NCBI RefSeq assembly: GCF_963506605.1
Contig: NC_083277.1
Location: 62,496,001-62,560,000, forward strand
Length of the DNA stretch: 64,000 nt
From: Zootoca vivipara
Lineage: Eukaryota
Reading direction: 5' to 3'
Shown: positions 36,347 through 49,030 of the stretch, piece by piece
Layout: each line of letters opens with the position of its first letter
Position numbering within the stretch: position 1 is the stretch's first letter
Program-made: the position numbers and the translations under genes
The notes under the pieces: generated by a model
Databases searched by the model: none
Seen by the model: only the letters and a program-made list of their open reading frames with translations
Told to the model about the DNA's origin: nothing

Positions 36347-38539
36347 TACTGGTGGCCACTATGGGCTGCATTTCTACCAATGGGACTAGCATCTACTTTT
36401 GGTTCAATATTCCTACCTTTCTGGCATGTACCAAATTTTAGAATTCTAGCTGTTTTTGTATCTGGGAAGTAATGAGACAATTAAAACATGAAAATTTAAC
36501 AACATGCATGACTGTGGCTCCCCCTCCCAAAGCTCATCAGAGCATAGTAATGGAGCGCATTTCTGATGAATGGGGTTAGATCAGAACAAGTGCCATTATA
36601 TAATTGATTCTGAGCACGTGTGGAATTCATTTTCTCCACAGTTGAGCAGCAACCGGATCCCTAGTTGTTAAATGTTCAGAAAAGTCAGAGGCCCAAGGCA
36701 GTTCATCAACTACGTTTATTAAATATTTGTCAGCGACAATGGTTCACTTATAGACAAACAAGAACAGAGCTCACAGGACATGCACACTAAAAAAACCCAG
36801 AAAGAAACTGGCAGTTGACAGTTGACAGTCCCTTCGCTTACTTGCCATTAGAACCTTCATCTGCCAATGCTTATACGATTGGTTGGAACGCGCACCTGAC
36901 AACCAAAGATGTGTTAAACCCAAGACCGGTACATAGCACTAGTGATCCTGTGTTAAGTGTAAAGGCTTCCCAGGTAACATGGAGGCAGGGCTCAATTCTC
37001 TACTGCACATCATTTAAGGATTTAAGACTTCTATCCAATACATAAAGTTCCATTGAATTCAGTGGACCTTGCTTTTGAGTAGGCATGTGCTTGACTGCAG
37101 TGAAATCAATGCATAAGTCCTGTTGCAATTCTGCACACTTGTACAAGCTAGGCACATTTGAGAAAGCAAAACGCCCCAGTTGCTGCTATCATAGAAAACA
37201 GCTACTGTACTACCTTCTAGTACAAGCACTTACATTTGTAAGTGAAATACAGGGGGATAGCAATCTGTTTGATAAGCGAAGGACACTCAGATTATTGTTA
37301 AGAACTCCTTGTTCCCCCCTCTATTAAGAGCCAAGACATTAGCCAATCCCACAAGCACCCCCTCGCTTTTGCTAGCAAAGCAACTCCTCCCAAGGACATG
37401 AAAGCCAAGCTTAGCTCTGTGCAAGGAAAGTGGAGGGGCTGGAGGGGGTCTAGGCTTTGGTGTTGCTTCAGTGCAGCATCTTTTCCTGCATTGGCTAAAT
37501 GTAATTGCAAAGACATCCATGTGCTGGAACTCGCAAAGGATGAAGATTCCTGGTTAAATTCTATCTCTAACCCTTTTTTCTGATGCAATTGCTCCTTTTT
37601 GCTTTTGTCAATGCTCTGCATTCAGCTGCCACGTATGTGAAGAAGTTGCAGTTATAATTATCTCCCTGGCTCTGTCATTTGGTGTGCTCTTTAAGGGAAG
37701 GTTTCGCTTCAGGCCAGAATGCAGAGCATTTAAGCAGCTGCCACGTTGCAAGGCAGAAAGCGAACTGGTTCCACTCTTTAAACTTTTCCAGATGTTTTTG
37801 TCTTCACAGGACAAGTCCCAGCAGCTGCACCATTTCAATGCCTCGAGGCTGGAAGGCATAACTAGTCCACTGCAGAAAACATTCAGCCTTGCTGGAGCAA
37901 GTAACTGAAATGCAGGGATGGGAATTGTACAGAAGCATCTAAGCCGGTTGCCACCTTTCAAACTGGATCAGCTCCTGTGCCTTTAACCGCAAACCAGTGT
38001 GCAGAAAAGTTGCTGGTAAAGCTTTTCAAAAAATCTCTTATGTCCATAACAGCAAGGATGGAGAATTTGTGCCCCCTCCAATAACTTTGGTGGAATTCAT
38101 CTTCTATCAGCATGGCCAATGGTCAAGGATGATGGGAGTTGTAGTTTAACAACATCTGGAGGTCCACAGGTTGTCCATCTGTGCCATATCAAGGACTGCT
38201 AAATTTCTAGATATCTGTAGCTACTGTTAAAAGGCCTAAGGATGATGACAGTGGTTAAAAAGAGAGGCACAAGCTTAGGCACAAGAGAGGCAAACTAATG
38301 CATACTGGGTAGGAGTGAGTTCCATTTAACTCAGTGGGCTTTACTTCTGAGTAGGTGTGTATAAAATTGCCCTGTCAGTGTCCACATATAATCTTCTTGG
38401 GTATTTGATTCCCAACTATTCTCAGAAAATCGGGGCTAGCCAAGGGCCGGCCAAGTTATTGCACTCCAGGATGGAGAGGTTGTTTTTGTTTTTGCACACC
38501 TGAGCCACACAACACCTGTGCACATCCTATCCCAATGTC

Positions 38540-39105
38540 TCCGGACTTTTTACTGGGAGGCTGGAGGCTCGGCTTGGGAGTCGCGGGGGTGGGGGCGCCA
38601 AGTGGCATGCACCGCGCAGATTGGAGTCGCTGGGGGGCAGCGATACCCCGCTACATAACACGCATGCACAGCGGGATGCTGCACATGCATAGTTACGTGG
38701 CAGGGTATTGCCGCCCCCCCGTGCCTCCAAAGCTGCGCACCTCCAGCTACAAACTCCAGGTAGAAAGCCCGCTCAGTGTGGCGGGATGCTGCGCATGCGT
38801 GTTACGTAGCGGGGTATCGCTGCCCCTGGCACCTCCAAAGCCGTGCGCCTCCAGCTACAAAACTCCAGGTAGAAAGCCCACTCAGCATGACATGCCCGCC
38901 ACGCTGAGCGGGCTTTTTACCTGGAGTTTGTAGCTGGAGGCGCGCAGCTTTGGAGGCATGGGAGGGCGGCGATACCCCACCACGTAATGACGCATGCGTT
39001 GTTACGTAACACGCATGCGTCGTTATGTAGCGATGACGTCCCCCCCCCAACCGGGTGCATGACAATTTGCCGCCCCGGGTGTCGTGGCACCTCGCTACGC
39101 CCCTG
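38540..39105. mobile_element. GC-rich hAT-like element with ~110-bp direct and inverted internal units
   Basis: The right end cgctacgcccctg is hAT-like; the left TIR and TSD are not resolved. Confidence 0.55.
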
Positions 39106-40828
39106 GCCCTGAGGTTTGATTCCCACACTTCTGGGAATCCTTTTTCTTCTCCTTTTCTTTCAGGGCCAAATACCAACAATCCAATTCATTTGTAAACCTT
39201 CTCTTTCAGATGGGTGTGTCAGACATGCCCCCCCCCCAAATAGAACAACAGTTTCCCACTCACCTTCAGTAATTGATGGACCAACCTTCTCCTCCCTACC
39301 TTATCTAAAATGCTCCTTCATTTTCAGAGTTAACGTTTTCTCACTGTTTAAAATGAAGTCTTTGTTAAAATGGGAGAGAGAGAGTGAGAGTGGATAAACA
39401 AGAGTCCTAAAAGGACTTTTTCTTTGAAAGCTCTTTGCCATGGAAATTCTTAAGGGATATGCCTGGTAGCATTATGAATGAGTTGTTCAAAGGCAATGAT
39501 GCCTCCTGCTTTTGACTTATGAAATATCATAAATGGAGTTTGTGAACCATCACCATTGCTATACAGTAACAGCGTCACAAACAAAAAGAACAACACAGGC
39601 AGAAATTTGCTACTGGAACCTAGTGAGTCACCAATCCCATCATTTTGAATATGTATCATGAATAATCTAATTGATACCCCATTGACTAAGATAATGCATT
39701 CCAACTACTTAGGCTTTGCTGCTCAATCTGTAGACATCTCAGAGCTATCTGTTGGCCACAGAGGTCATGCTCAGGTTGCCTGACAGCTGGACTACATATA
39801 TTTCAGTCCCATTTACGAGTCCCTTGAGGGAATCCCCCACCCCCACCCCAGTTTTGCCTTTAATCTCACAAAAAAAAAAAGAATTGTAATTGAATCTTGA
39901 ATTCCAGAGAGTCAAAACTTTCCATTTAGGACTATGTGAGCTATAATTATTGAAGTTTTTGCTGTAGTTGACTAACCGATGCAGATTGATAATGTTGAAG
40001 CAAGTGTTGACCCGCTCCTGTGAGCATCTTTCTATCACTGATAACAGTGCCTACATTACCTCTCCTGCCCCCTTCCTTTGCTGTTGTGCCTTGATGCTGT
40101 TGCCTTCAAGAAGGCAAGTGTCTTGATGTACAATCACAGCAGAGAGACTCTTGTTTGGACAGAGATGGGAAGAGTTATTATGTTGTTCAGTATGGAGGAA
40201 AGGTTGTTGAAGCTATGGGAGGCAAGGCTGATATGTTTGATTGGAGAGAGGTCATTTGGTGACATTCGTTAATAACAATAATGGGAGAACCCCTTTTTGG
40301 ACTTTTTGTGTGAAAAGGAAAATGTATGAATTTGGGACGCATGGGTCCGTTAAGCATGGGAAATATTGCTTAACAGAAAGTAGAACCATTCTAGAGTGAA
40401 TGTTCTGAATAATTTCTTTTACGCAACTGACAGACAGAAAATTGGAAATCTTATTTAGTTTTCTCTCTTTCTTTTGTTTTCCTTTGGTGTCCTCTGTTCT
40501 AGGCCATTATTGGAGTCCAAGGATTACACACACAAGAAGGAGGTAGGTGGATGAAAGGGCCCTGGGTGAGAGGCAGGGAAGGGAAGACCTCCCAGGATGA
40601 GAGATTGGGAGAGGAAAGGAAATCTCCCAAATGAGAGCTGGGAGGGCCCACTACTTTCTGTGGGAGACAAAGGTTAAGAGCTACCTTTGAGAAAAGACTC
40701 TGTGTTTCCTTTGCTCTTTCTTTCTCTTTTCTTGTTCTTACGGTACTTAGACTAGTTTCTTTAATCTTACTGTATCACAAAAAAGCTTTAATGAAATCTT
40801 ATGGGAAAAGGGCAAGTTTAAATAGGAG

Positions 40829-40924
40829 CAGGGCCATCTTAAGCATATCTGGCGCCCTGGCGCCACGATCCCTCCGGCGCCCTGGCGGCCTGCGCCACCC
40901 AGCCTGGCCGTAGGGCCGGCCCTG
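40829..40924. mobile_element. 96-bp hAT MITE
   Basis: cagggccatctt...agggccggccctg with an exact TSD aataggag. Confidence 0.9.
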
Positions 40925-42324
40925 AATAGGAGCAGGGGTTTGTGGCAGGGGGGAATCACCAAAACTCACAGGCATTGCATCGCTTGAGATTTCTGAAATT
41001 ATGAATATGCAGACAAGACGGTTGCTAACTCCTTAAATTCTGCTAGCATGAGGGAAGGCAAGAAAGAAGGTATGCCTGAAAACCAGTTACTGGGAACACC
41101 AAGTAGGGGCAGTACTGTTGCCCCCAGGTCCAGCTTGTGTGGGTTTACCACAGGCTACTGTGAGAACAGGATGCTGGATTAGATGGGCCTTTAGCCGGAT
41201 ACAGTGAGATTCTTCTTAGGTTATCAGCCAAAAGGTTGCCAGAGTTTCTACTCATGCCTAGGTTGCATTTTATCAATATATAAATGTAAGAATGTTAATA
41301 ATGCAGATGACAATCAATCCCCTCACCGCCCATCCCCAGTTTATAAATGGCTGTGGTTAATTCTATAAAATGTCGTGTTTCACAAACTAAGGTTTTCTGG
41401 AAATGTAGCTTATCTCCCTGGAAAATAAGGGCTATCCATGTTAATGGTGTTTTTATTTTGATAGACTTGTTATAATTCCTAATATAGCAAAAAACAAACA
41501 AACAAAGCAAAACAACCCAAATAACCCTGGATTGTATTGCAGGTGTCTATATATCATATATGCTTTCCATGATTATTTGTTCAGTGCTTTGATTTTGCAT
41601 TTTAATACAACAATACAGGAAAAAAACAAATAACTGTAGGAACTCTTGTTCGTACCAATATGAGGTCACTCACCACCCAACTGGCCACAATCCAACACAG
41701 AATTATTGTGCCTAAGCCCCTTTTAATCAATGGATTTAAGCTACATTGGATTGTTTCCACCCTCTTTGCAATATGTGAACATGCCCTGAATAGGTTTACG
41801 AGGTCAGATGGATCCCTCCGTCTCTTAACAATGCGGACTCACCTTCCCTATACACTTAAGGCCACTCCACACAAGACTATTTCCCTGTTCTGTAGTTGGG
41901 AGGATACAATATCCTAAGGGGCTGCTGCCAAACATGGCACCCCTGTGTTCATTTTTTCACCTCTGCTATATGTTGTAGTGGGGCTTACTAGTATCCTTAT
42001 CCTGAGCACATCCATGCTGAGCAGGGACATAGAAATGCTTAGCATAATAATAACAGGATGCCAGGAAAGTTGAGTTCCTTGCTGTATGTAGATGGAGGAA
42101 ATGGAATGTGATGCTGGGCTGCTGTTTTCAGAAGCAGGGAGGGACGGTTGTGTGGGTGATGTGTAGTTTCACTGTGGAAAAAAACCAGACACACTGTGAG
42201 TTGGGAAGTGCAGCCATGAGTATTAATTCCGCCACATGGATTAAAAGTCTCTATATGCACTTTGTCGTCCTCCTGACCAAGCTTCTGTTCTTTCATACAG
42301 AGCTCTGACTGGTGAGGGCCATTG

Positions 42325-42525
42325 TGATGTGGTGGTTAGAGTGTCAGACTAGGACCTGGGAGATGAGGGTTCAAATCCTCACTCAGCCATGAAGCTCGCT
42401 GGGTGACCTTGAGCCAGTCATGGCCTCTCAGCCTAACCTACTTCACAGGGCTGTTGTGAGGATTAAATGAGCCTCGAGCTCCTCAGAGGAAAAGACAAGC
42501 TAGAAAAGCAATAAATAAATAAAAA
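42325..42525 (+). mobile_element. MIR/CORE-like SINE
   Basis: gtggttagagtg A box, ggttcaaatcc B box, gtgaccttgagccagtc core and (AAAT)n tail. Confidence 0.75.
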
Positions 42526-42639
42526 TTCAATAGACAAATACCAGTGTAGGGAAAATATGTGCCAATCACACACTAAAAGATGGCTAGGAATGCCTGCAAA
42601 AAACAGTGGCATGCTTCCTTATATAATTCCCATTATAGA

Positions 42640-42750
42640 AATTAGGGAAGTTTTTAATGTTTGGTGCTGTATTGTGTTTTTAATATTCAGTTGGAAGCCG
42701 CCCAGAGTGGCTGGGGAAACCCAGCCAGATGGGCGGGGTATAAATAATAA

Positions 42751-42789
<39 letters not shown>
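42640..42789 (+). mobile_element. L2 3' terminus with (ATT)n
   Basis: ttagggaagtttttaatg...gggcggggtataaat, about 0.5 kb upstream of SPARC exon 1. Confidence 0.85.
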
Positions 42790-42790
<1 letters not shown>

Positions 42791-43149
42791 CTTTGTCACA
42801 CAGCTTGCCTTACGAGTTGGTGCTAATGTTGATGGCACTGTTGTCGTCCTTTCCCTAGAATAGTTGCAACTGGATCCTCTGCCTCAGTCAGATTGTGCAC
42901 CAATACGCAGCCATCTCCATCGGTCTGCAAGGTTTGTATGAACAGGAAGGACTGGGCAGCACCCCATAAAGCTGACAATATTTCTGCGAGAGAACAAAAG
43001 AGTCTTTGCTGGAATCCTGAAATGCCTGCCACAAATGTGGCGCTCGCCTTTGATTCTCCATCAGCCTAAAGGCACTATATTCCTCTGTCACTTCTTGATT
43101 GCTCTGGTCTATCATTTAGTTTTTGGCTGCAGCCTCTGATTATATTTTT

Positions 43150-43340
43150 GGGACTCGGGAAGAAGGGAACGGGGTGGGAGGGGGACGGGAGGGGGGAGCC
43201 AACCCACTGTAGAGAGAAAGAAACAGAATGGGAAAATAGAGGAGGAGGAGGAGAAGGAGGAGAAAGAGAGCAAGCCAAGCAGAAACCCAGCCCAGCGAAC
43301 CTCTGAACGGTTTCCTGTTGCCTCCTTCTAAAACACTTAG
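43150..43340 (+). promoter_or_regulatory. SPARC: SPARC TATA-less promoter with purine-rich GGA boxes
   Basis: G/A-rich tracts (ggaggaggaggagaaggagg) followed by cggtttcctgttgcct (43308-43323), which matches the mammalian SPARC proximal promoter as I recall it. Confidence 0.8.
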
Positions 43341-43395
43341 ATTCCTTCAGACCCTTGAGAGAGGCTGAAGTTTTCTCAGCTCCACTGTCCTTGAG
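43340..43395 (+). other. SPARC: SPARC non-coding exon 1 (5' boundary approximate)
   Basis: ccttcagac...gagag...ccactgtccttgag|gtatgg resembles the mammalian exon 1 end CCACTGAG|GTATG. It implies an ~11.5-kb intron 1. Confidence 0.8.
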
Positions 43396-43836
43396 GTATG
43401 GCATCAAATCCTCCTTTTCCATTCTCTGCTCTTTCTCATTCCTCTCTGTTATGATGCTACGCAAGCGGGTCATAGTTTGCCAAAGATCTAACATCGGCAC
43501 ATGACTTAACAGTGCTGGTGAAGGGGAGTTGTATTAATGTGTGGGAATCTTTTTGCATTTTCTTGACTTTCCATTCTTGAGAATTTTGCTTGCTGCACCT
43601 TACTTTTGTTCCTCAGTTCGAAAGCTATTCCCCACCCCCACCCCCACCCCATAGCTGAAGCATGTTAATAGGATTAGTTCGATGACATTTCAAAAAGAAC
43701 AGGGTTTTGCTGCTTATTTCATTGCTTTTCGCTGCTCGCCATAAATATGTGTTTACCGTATTTATTGGAAGGAGATGACAGTAATTTTCAAGCTCTGTTG
43801 CTCTGTTGCTAGGATTTTGCAATTTAATTCCTCCCC

Positions 43837-43837
<1 letters not shown>

Positions 43838-43886
<49 letters not shown>
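43838..43886. repeat. (AAT)n microsatellite
   Basis: Seen directly. Confidence 0.95.
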
Positions 43887-45194
43887 GGTCCGGCACATGG
43901 AATGCAGCCTGTCATTGGTCACTTCAGTTTACGAGCTTCTAAGGAACTAAACTTGTCAAGAGAATGTTAGCACAACAATATTTTTCTTTCCAGAAAAAGG
44001 CATCAGAAGAAGAAAGTTATTGTTTTTAAAGTCTACTACCCCCTGCAATTGTTGTTATTTATCTCACTGATTTGCTTTTGGCAGAGTGACAGCAGTACAG
44101 AAGGAGGATGAATTTCAAGTCAGAATGTTTTGGTTTTTCTTAGGGAAAAAAAACAGTGGATGCTAAAAGGTATTTCATTGCCTTTAAAGGCAGCCGCTGC
44201 CTCCCCTGCTCTTACCCCAGAGAATAGTTCAGCTGCTCTTTTTTGTTGTTCCCTCTTGGAACAGTATTTTATTCCAAAAGGTTTGCCAAGAAAAAAGGCA
44301 GTTAATTTTGAATTGCGCAGGGAAATCTAAGCGCCTGGAGAAGTTTAATCTGGGGCAGATAGGAAAGAGCCCTGTTGCTCTGAGCAGTCTATTTGTGTGC
44401 GTATTGGTGGGGGACAAGGGGAAATATAACAAAAATGCAATGGATTGTGACTCTGGAAGGGTGGCAAAGTTGAAGGGGAGATATTTTTATGTGTGTGTAT
44501 GTGGAGGGGATTAAGGAAAGTGCATGCACGGTCCATGAATCAGTTCAAAAAAAGCCATTGTCTGCCACATAGGCAGAAGCAGGAGATTGGGGGTGGGGGG
44601 AAGATATCAACTTTTCAAACTTTTGCCAAGATCCGCCTACTGGGGTGGGGGAAAGCCGCTCTTCTCTTGTATGACTCTCCCACAATGGAATGTCGGCTTC
44701 CATGGAAACCCTTTCAGGGCCTTTTGGTTCAGGAGATGCAAGGCCTTTATGGCCTGAGACGTGGAAAGGAAAAGATCTGTTGAGCTGGAACTTTCCCCCT
44801 TTGCAGAATTTTAGATGTGGAAAAGTTCAAAGGTTTATTTTTTGGAGTGTTGCTTTCGGTTCTGAATTGCCCTATGCAGCATCCCCCCAAAAAAGAAAGG
44901 CACAACAGAGCGCCTCTTGACTTCTCCTCAGTTGTCCTTAAGTGACGTTTCCATCTATTATGGCAGAGGGGATCTCATAACACACACGTCTTCATGTCAG
45001 TAAAGTATTTCAGTTCACTCGCTATCATTAAAGCCAGAGCTTGGCTTCTGCAGAGGATCAGCCAGGGCTCCATCGGGGACTGTGTGTTCAATGCTTGAAA
45101 CTCAGTTCTGGAATACATAAAGTAAAGTAAAGTAAAGGAATATATCTTCTGTGGAAGTGTCTTTACCACTAACTATGGTGGTGGTGGTGGTGGT

Positions 45195-45632
45195 AATTTA
45201 TTTATATCCCCAGCCACTCTGGGCGGCTTCCAACAGAATATTAAAAACACGATAAAACATCAAACATTAAAAATTTGCCTTCAGATGTCTTCTAAAAGTC
45301 AGGTAGTTGTTTATTTCCTTGACATCTGATGGGAGGGCATTCCACAGGGCGGGGGCCACTACCAAGAAGGCCCTCTGACTGGTTCCCTGTAACCTCACTT
45401 CTCGCAGTGAGGGAACCGCCAGAAGACCCTCGGCGCTGGACCTCAGTGTCCAGGCTGAACGATGGGGCTTGAGACACTCCTTCAGGTATGCTGGGCCGAG
45501 GCTGTTTAGGGCTTTAAAGGTCAGCACCAACACTTTGAATTGTGCTCGGAAACGTACTGGGAGCCAATGTAGGTCTTTCAAGACCAGTGTTATATGGTCT
45601 CGACGGCCACTCCCAGCCACCAGTCTAGCTGC
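45195..45632 (-). mobile_element. L2 3' fragment (antisense, SPARC intron 1)
   Basis: ORF 45267-45650 encodes LHWLPVRFRAQFKVLVLTFKAL. Confidence 0.9.
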
Positions 45633-46209
45633 TGGTCTGTTCCCTGCCACTCCAGATTAAGATGTAAATCTTCCAGAGCCCCAGCTCTAGGGCAGCCACA
45701 CTGTTAAATGGTATAGCGAAAGAACAGCAATTATGCCCAACAGTTATTTATGTCAGCTACATTCATGCCAGCTGTTTATATCTTGAAACAAAGGGCTATG
45801 ATTAAACAAACCAGCCTTTAATTATCTTTGTCTGTGTGGTACTTGATAGTTTAGGCATTCTTTATAACTTAAGAAAGTTGCTGATATCTTTTTGCACTGG
45901 AGGAGGGGTGAACTGTAGGGGTTTCACAGGTGGTGAGTATCTGGGCTTCCGTCCAGGCCAAACTTCCGGCCACTTTCCTCTTGGGACAGACTGCTGGTAG
46001 CTGACAACATGAATGCTGAGCAGCTGGCCTTGCTTTCATCATGGTGCCGCAGAATCCATAAAATAACATGACCCAAAATAACTGGAAAATTACAAGCAAA
46101 GCGAGCCCGACTTTCTAGTGCTGGATATCTCAGACAGGATTTAAAATTTAGTCAGGTCCATCCATCCATTTATCTGTAAGCTGCCTTGAGTCCCAGTCTA
46201 AGGGGAAAG

Positions 46210-46252
<43 letters not shown>

Positions 46253-46381
46253 TATTAGCATCCACAATTGTGCCAGGGCACCACTTCTGCTGAGATACAG
46301 GACATCTCCCCAGAGGCCCATGAGATGGCACAGGGACTTCTGGAGCAGTGTCTTATTTCCTGGTAGGAGGGATATCTAGAG

Positions 46382-46517
46382 TAGTGTTTCCCAACCTTGG
46401 GTCTCCAGCTGTTTTTGGACTACAACTCCCATCATCCCTTGCTAGCAAAACCAGTGGCCAGGGATGATGGGAACTGTAGTCCAAAAACAGCTGCAGACTC
46501 AAGGTTGGGAAACACTG
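46382..46517. mobile_element. Palindromic hAT-Charlie MITE (variant subfamily)
   Basis: TIR agtgtttcccaacctt/aaggttgggaaacact with the same core. Confidence 0.85.
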
Positions 46518-47468
46518 ACAGAGAGAACAGAACATAACTTCCTTGTGCTACTTTTGTCTCCATAAATGCCAACAAGAAGTCGGCACTGTCTGCACTGAAA
46601 TGAACACGAGAGAATTGTTCTCTTGCTCCTTCCTTGCTGCCAGACATCCCTTTCAGGGGAAATGGAAGATCACCCAGCACACCAGGGAGTGGAGCGAAGT
46701 CCTTGCAGGAACCCAAGTGTACAACTCCTCTTAAGCCAAAACATTTTAAGGGGACCCACTGAGGCCCTCTTACTTGAGAGACCCCGCCCCACAATAGGGA
46801 GCTGTTGTTGTCCCACCTACAGTCCCAAGCTCAGGTTTATTAGCCCAATGAAAATTATGCCCCAGACAGCACATTAAATATCATAACGGTGCATGCGATT
46901 TTTCTTTCTTTCATAAACTATTTGCTAAATCAGACTGGAAAGAATTTAGCTTGTGCAGCCAAGGACTAGCAATAAAGAGCTAGATCATATCCCTGATGTT
47001 ACAGTCATAAAAAGCTTCTTTCCCCTTATCTTTACCATGAAAATTACCTGCTGCTTTCCTCTGCCCTTAAGCCTTGGATATTCTGACAACGTATCATTTT
47101 CTCTCCAGATAAAGCCACACATGTTTGATATTAGGGAACTGAATTATTGGGTAGTTCTCTTGAACGAGTTCTTAAAATGATGACACTTTATACAGTGCTT
47201 CTGCCAGAGCAGACTAACATCAGCTTGTTTTTACAGAGGAGAAGATTAAAGAGATCACCATTTGCTGGCAGGAAAAGGACTTCCTGTGTGTGCCTAGCAG
47301 TACAAAGTGGAGTCAGAAATGGAATCTCCCTCCTGAGCTCCTTTGGGAGGAAGGACAGGATTGATAATAATAATAATATCCAACCATTTCCCAAGCTTTT
47401 CTTTGCTCATAGTATTACATCTTCGTAAGCTTTTCGCTAGTGTAGCTGTTGAAACATGGAGCTACTAG

Positions 47469-47840
47469 CAGTGGCGTAACGCCCTTTGCCAGCGCACAGA
47501 TAAGATGAGAGCGCATGTGCCCCAGGCAGGAGCAGAGCATGCTCATCCAGCCCTTGCCACTGATGCCGCTGGGTGGGTGATCACGTGTTGTGCGGGAGCA
47601 GGTTGTGGAGGGTGCCCTTCACCCTTCATCCTCTGGACTCCCCAGCCCCTATCACCGATGGGCGACCTCTGCTGTGCCGGGCAGGGGCGGGACGCGCAGA
47701 GGGTGATCTTCATCCTCTGTGCTCTCCAGTCTCTGCTGCCGGCAGGGTATAAGGGTGATCTCAGCCGGGGGGGGGGAATCCTGGTTCATGCCCCTCGCCC
47801 AGGGCAACGTCCCCCATGCCCCCCCCACTCTACGCCACTG
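47469..47840. mobile_element. GC-rich hAT non-autonomous element
   Basis: TIR cagtggcgta/tacgccactg; TSD gctactag/gttactag. Confidence 0.82.
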
Positions 47841-48662
47841 GTTACTAGACAGTTTTTAATGTTGTAAATTGCTGCTTGGGTTAAATAATTGGAAATGAAA
47901 TGGTGATGCAATCAGTTTCCCTGAAGATGAACAAGAGAGGGTTAAATGCATAAGAAAAGCTCTGCTAGATCAGGCCAGAGGCCCAGCTGGTCCAGCATCC
48001 ACAAGATGCTAATGGGAAGCTTGCAAGCAAGCAAGACAGCAGCACTCTCCCCTCCCACGGCTTTCAGCAAACTTGTATTCTGTTCATGGAGGCAGAATGC
48101 GGCCCTCAGGGTTAGTAGCCACGGGTAGCCTTTTCCTCCACGAGGTTTCAAAGCAAGCTGCACTGCGTTTATTTATTTTTGAACAACTTTTTATGGGGTT
48201 TTTATAAACAGCAAGCTCACTTTAAAAGAATTACCGTTGCAGCAATAGCTATCACACGCCCCCCATTTCATTTATATATTTTTTAAAATGTGGCATAGCA
48301 CTTCAAGCAGGACCAGATAGCTGAGCCCACTCTTTATTTAAACTCCCTCTAATTCCACGGTGTAGGGTTATTCTCTGGCATTGTGAGAAATTCAGCTTGG
48401 TGCTTCTGTGCCTCACCGCCACCAGGTACACTTGCCAGGGCCCAGTGACAGAGGAGGCTGACCATCAGAGATCAATTGCCCAAGGCTCCCTCAGCCTGGC
48501 TCAGTGGACTTCCTCCCATGTTAGTGGCTGTCTGTGGATTGCAAGCTACAAGCACAAACCTCTCGCTCATGGTACTCATCTGCAAACCTTGGTTTGCGGT
48601 TTGAAGGCTTTCTCCATGAGCAACAGTTGGAAAAGGGATCCGTTTTGTTTAGGATCCTGATC

Positions 48663-49030
48663 AGGGTAAAGGACCCCTGGATGGTTAAGTCCAGTCAAAG
48701 GCGACTATGGGGTTGCGGTGCCCATCTCGCTTTCAGGCTGAGGGAGCCGGCGTTTGTCCACAGACAGCTTTTCTGGGTCATGTGGCCAACATGACTAAAC
48801 CACTTCTGGCACAACGGGACACCATGACGGAAACCAGAGTGCACAGAAAAGCCATTTATCTTCTTGCCGCAGTGGTACCTATTTATCTACTTGCACTGAT
48901 GTGCCTCTGAACTGCTAGGTTGGCAGGAGCTGGGACAGACCAACAGGAGCTCACCCCTTTGCACAGATTTGAACTGCCGACCTTCTGATCGGCAAGCCCA
49001 AGAGGCTCAGTGGCTTAGACCACAGCACCA
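48663..49030 (-). mobile_element. Sauria SINE (more diverged subfamily)
   Basis: ggtaaaggacccctg ... gaccacagcacca. Confidence 0.85.

Noticed and set aside
14200-43100. Hidden third gene or lncRNA between ATOX1 and SPARC
   Set aside because: No chain of exons with recognisable translation was found, and a lncRNA cannot be supported from sequence alone.
4675-49030. All four Sauria SINEs on the minus strand
   Set aside because: With n=4 the chance of a shared strand is 1 in 8, which is not significant.
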